A stretch of DNA of 64,000 nucleotides, taken from assembly GCA_024704765.1 (NCBI GenBank), contig JAKMXF010000122.1, forward strand, positions 761,489-825,488, in the 5' to 3' direction. The stretch is from Oopsacas minuta (lineage: Eukaryota > Animalia > Porifera). How positions within the stretch are numbered: the first letter of the stretch is position 1; each line of letters begins with the position of its first letter. The notes under the pieces were generated by a model. The model did not search any database and was not told the origin of the DNA. It saw nothing but the letters and a program-made list of their open reading frames with translations. Both the position numbers and the translations under genes were made by a program. This document shows, one piece after another, positions 63,455-64,000 of the stretch.

Positions 63455-63477
63455 GTTAATGAAATACGCCATTTATG

Positions 63478-64000
63478 GAAATCTCATAAAAGTTAAATTA
63501 ACCTTTCAAAATTTGTGTATTGAACTTTTTCAGGGTTAGAAAATGTAAGGAAGCAGTTAAGACGACTTAAAAAGTTCAAACGGCCATCCTTCATCTCGTT
63601 TAGGCACATTCAAATCACACCATCAAAATTCACACAAAAAATAGACATTTTTACTTTTTGAAATTCTTGTATTTCGAAGAATTAATGTCCTCTATTTATT
63701 CATATGGTATATATAATTAGCACTTTCTATTTAGAATAGAATCGGGATCACATCTTCATATCATATTTCTGAAAATTCATAAATTATTTTATAAATATAT
63801 TATTTTCATATCCATGGTATAATTCAGAATTTTTCTTCCAATAAGCTATCCTTAAAACATGGATTTAACTTTAGTGAAGTACATATACGAATTCAAACAA
63901 TATTAGCATAAAGTTAAATAAAATACATTTTTTACAAAAATATTTGAGAAAATAGTCAAATTATATAAATGCTAACGTCATCGCATAAATGGCGCCTAAA
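63478..64000. mobile_element. Inverted copy of the 21260-21780 repeat
   Basis: Reverse-complement match, ending in GCATAAATGGCGCCTA. Confidence 0.8.

Overview
This is AT-rich eukaryotic (animal) DNA with short GT-AG introns, many intronless genes and dense MITE/Helitron-like repeats. The gene content (NHL-propeller expansion, TRAF, ciliary BBOF1) resembles a compact sponge-type genome, but the taxon is my inference. Conserved genes are RNF146 (RING-WWE, 2 exons), BBOF1/CCDC176 (3 exons) and RBMX2. Other genes are a TRAF-family gene, an EF-hand SCP/luciferin-binding-protein-like gene (2 exons, minus strand), an intronless microbial-type PARG (DUF2263/TIGR02452), an orphan 7TM protein and five coiled-coil/NHL genes or remnants. 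There is also a decayed P-element/THAP9-type transposase. The most notable result is a hand-spliced 8-exon gene (50286-59999, about 1,190 aa, 5' end not found) that fuses a long ARM/HEAT-like helical region to an ATE1-like arginyl-tRNA-protein transferase. Two of its introns each hold a complete same-strand intronless gene (an NHL protein and a GLUT8/TRET1-like sugar transporter). About 11 single-base indels in homopolymer runs break otherwise clean ORFs and are probably long-read consensus errors. All family assignments come from motif recall and manual translation; no database search was run.
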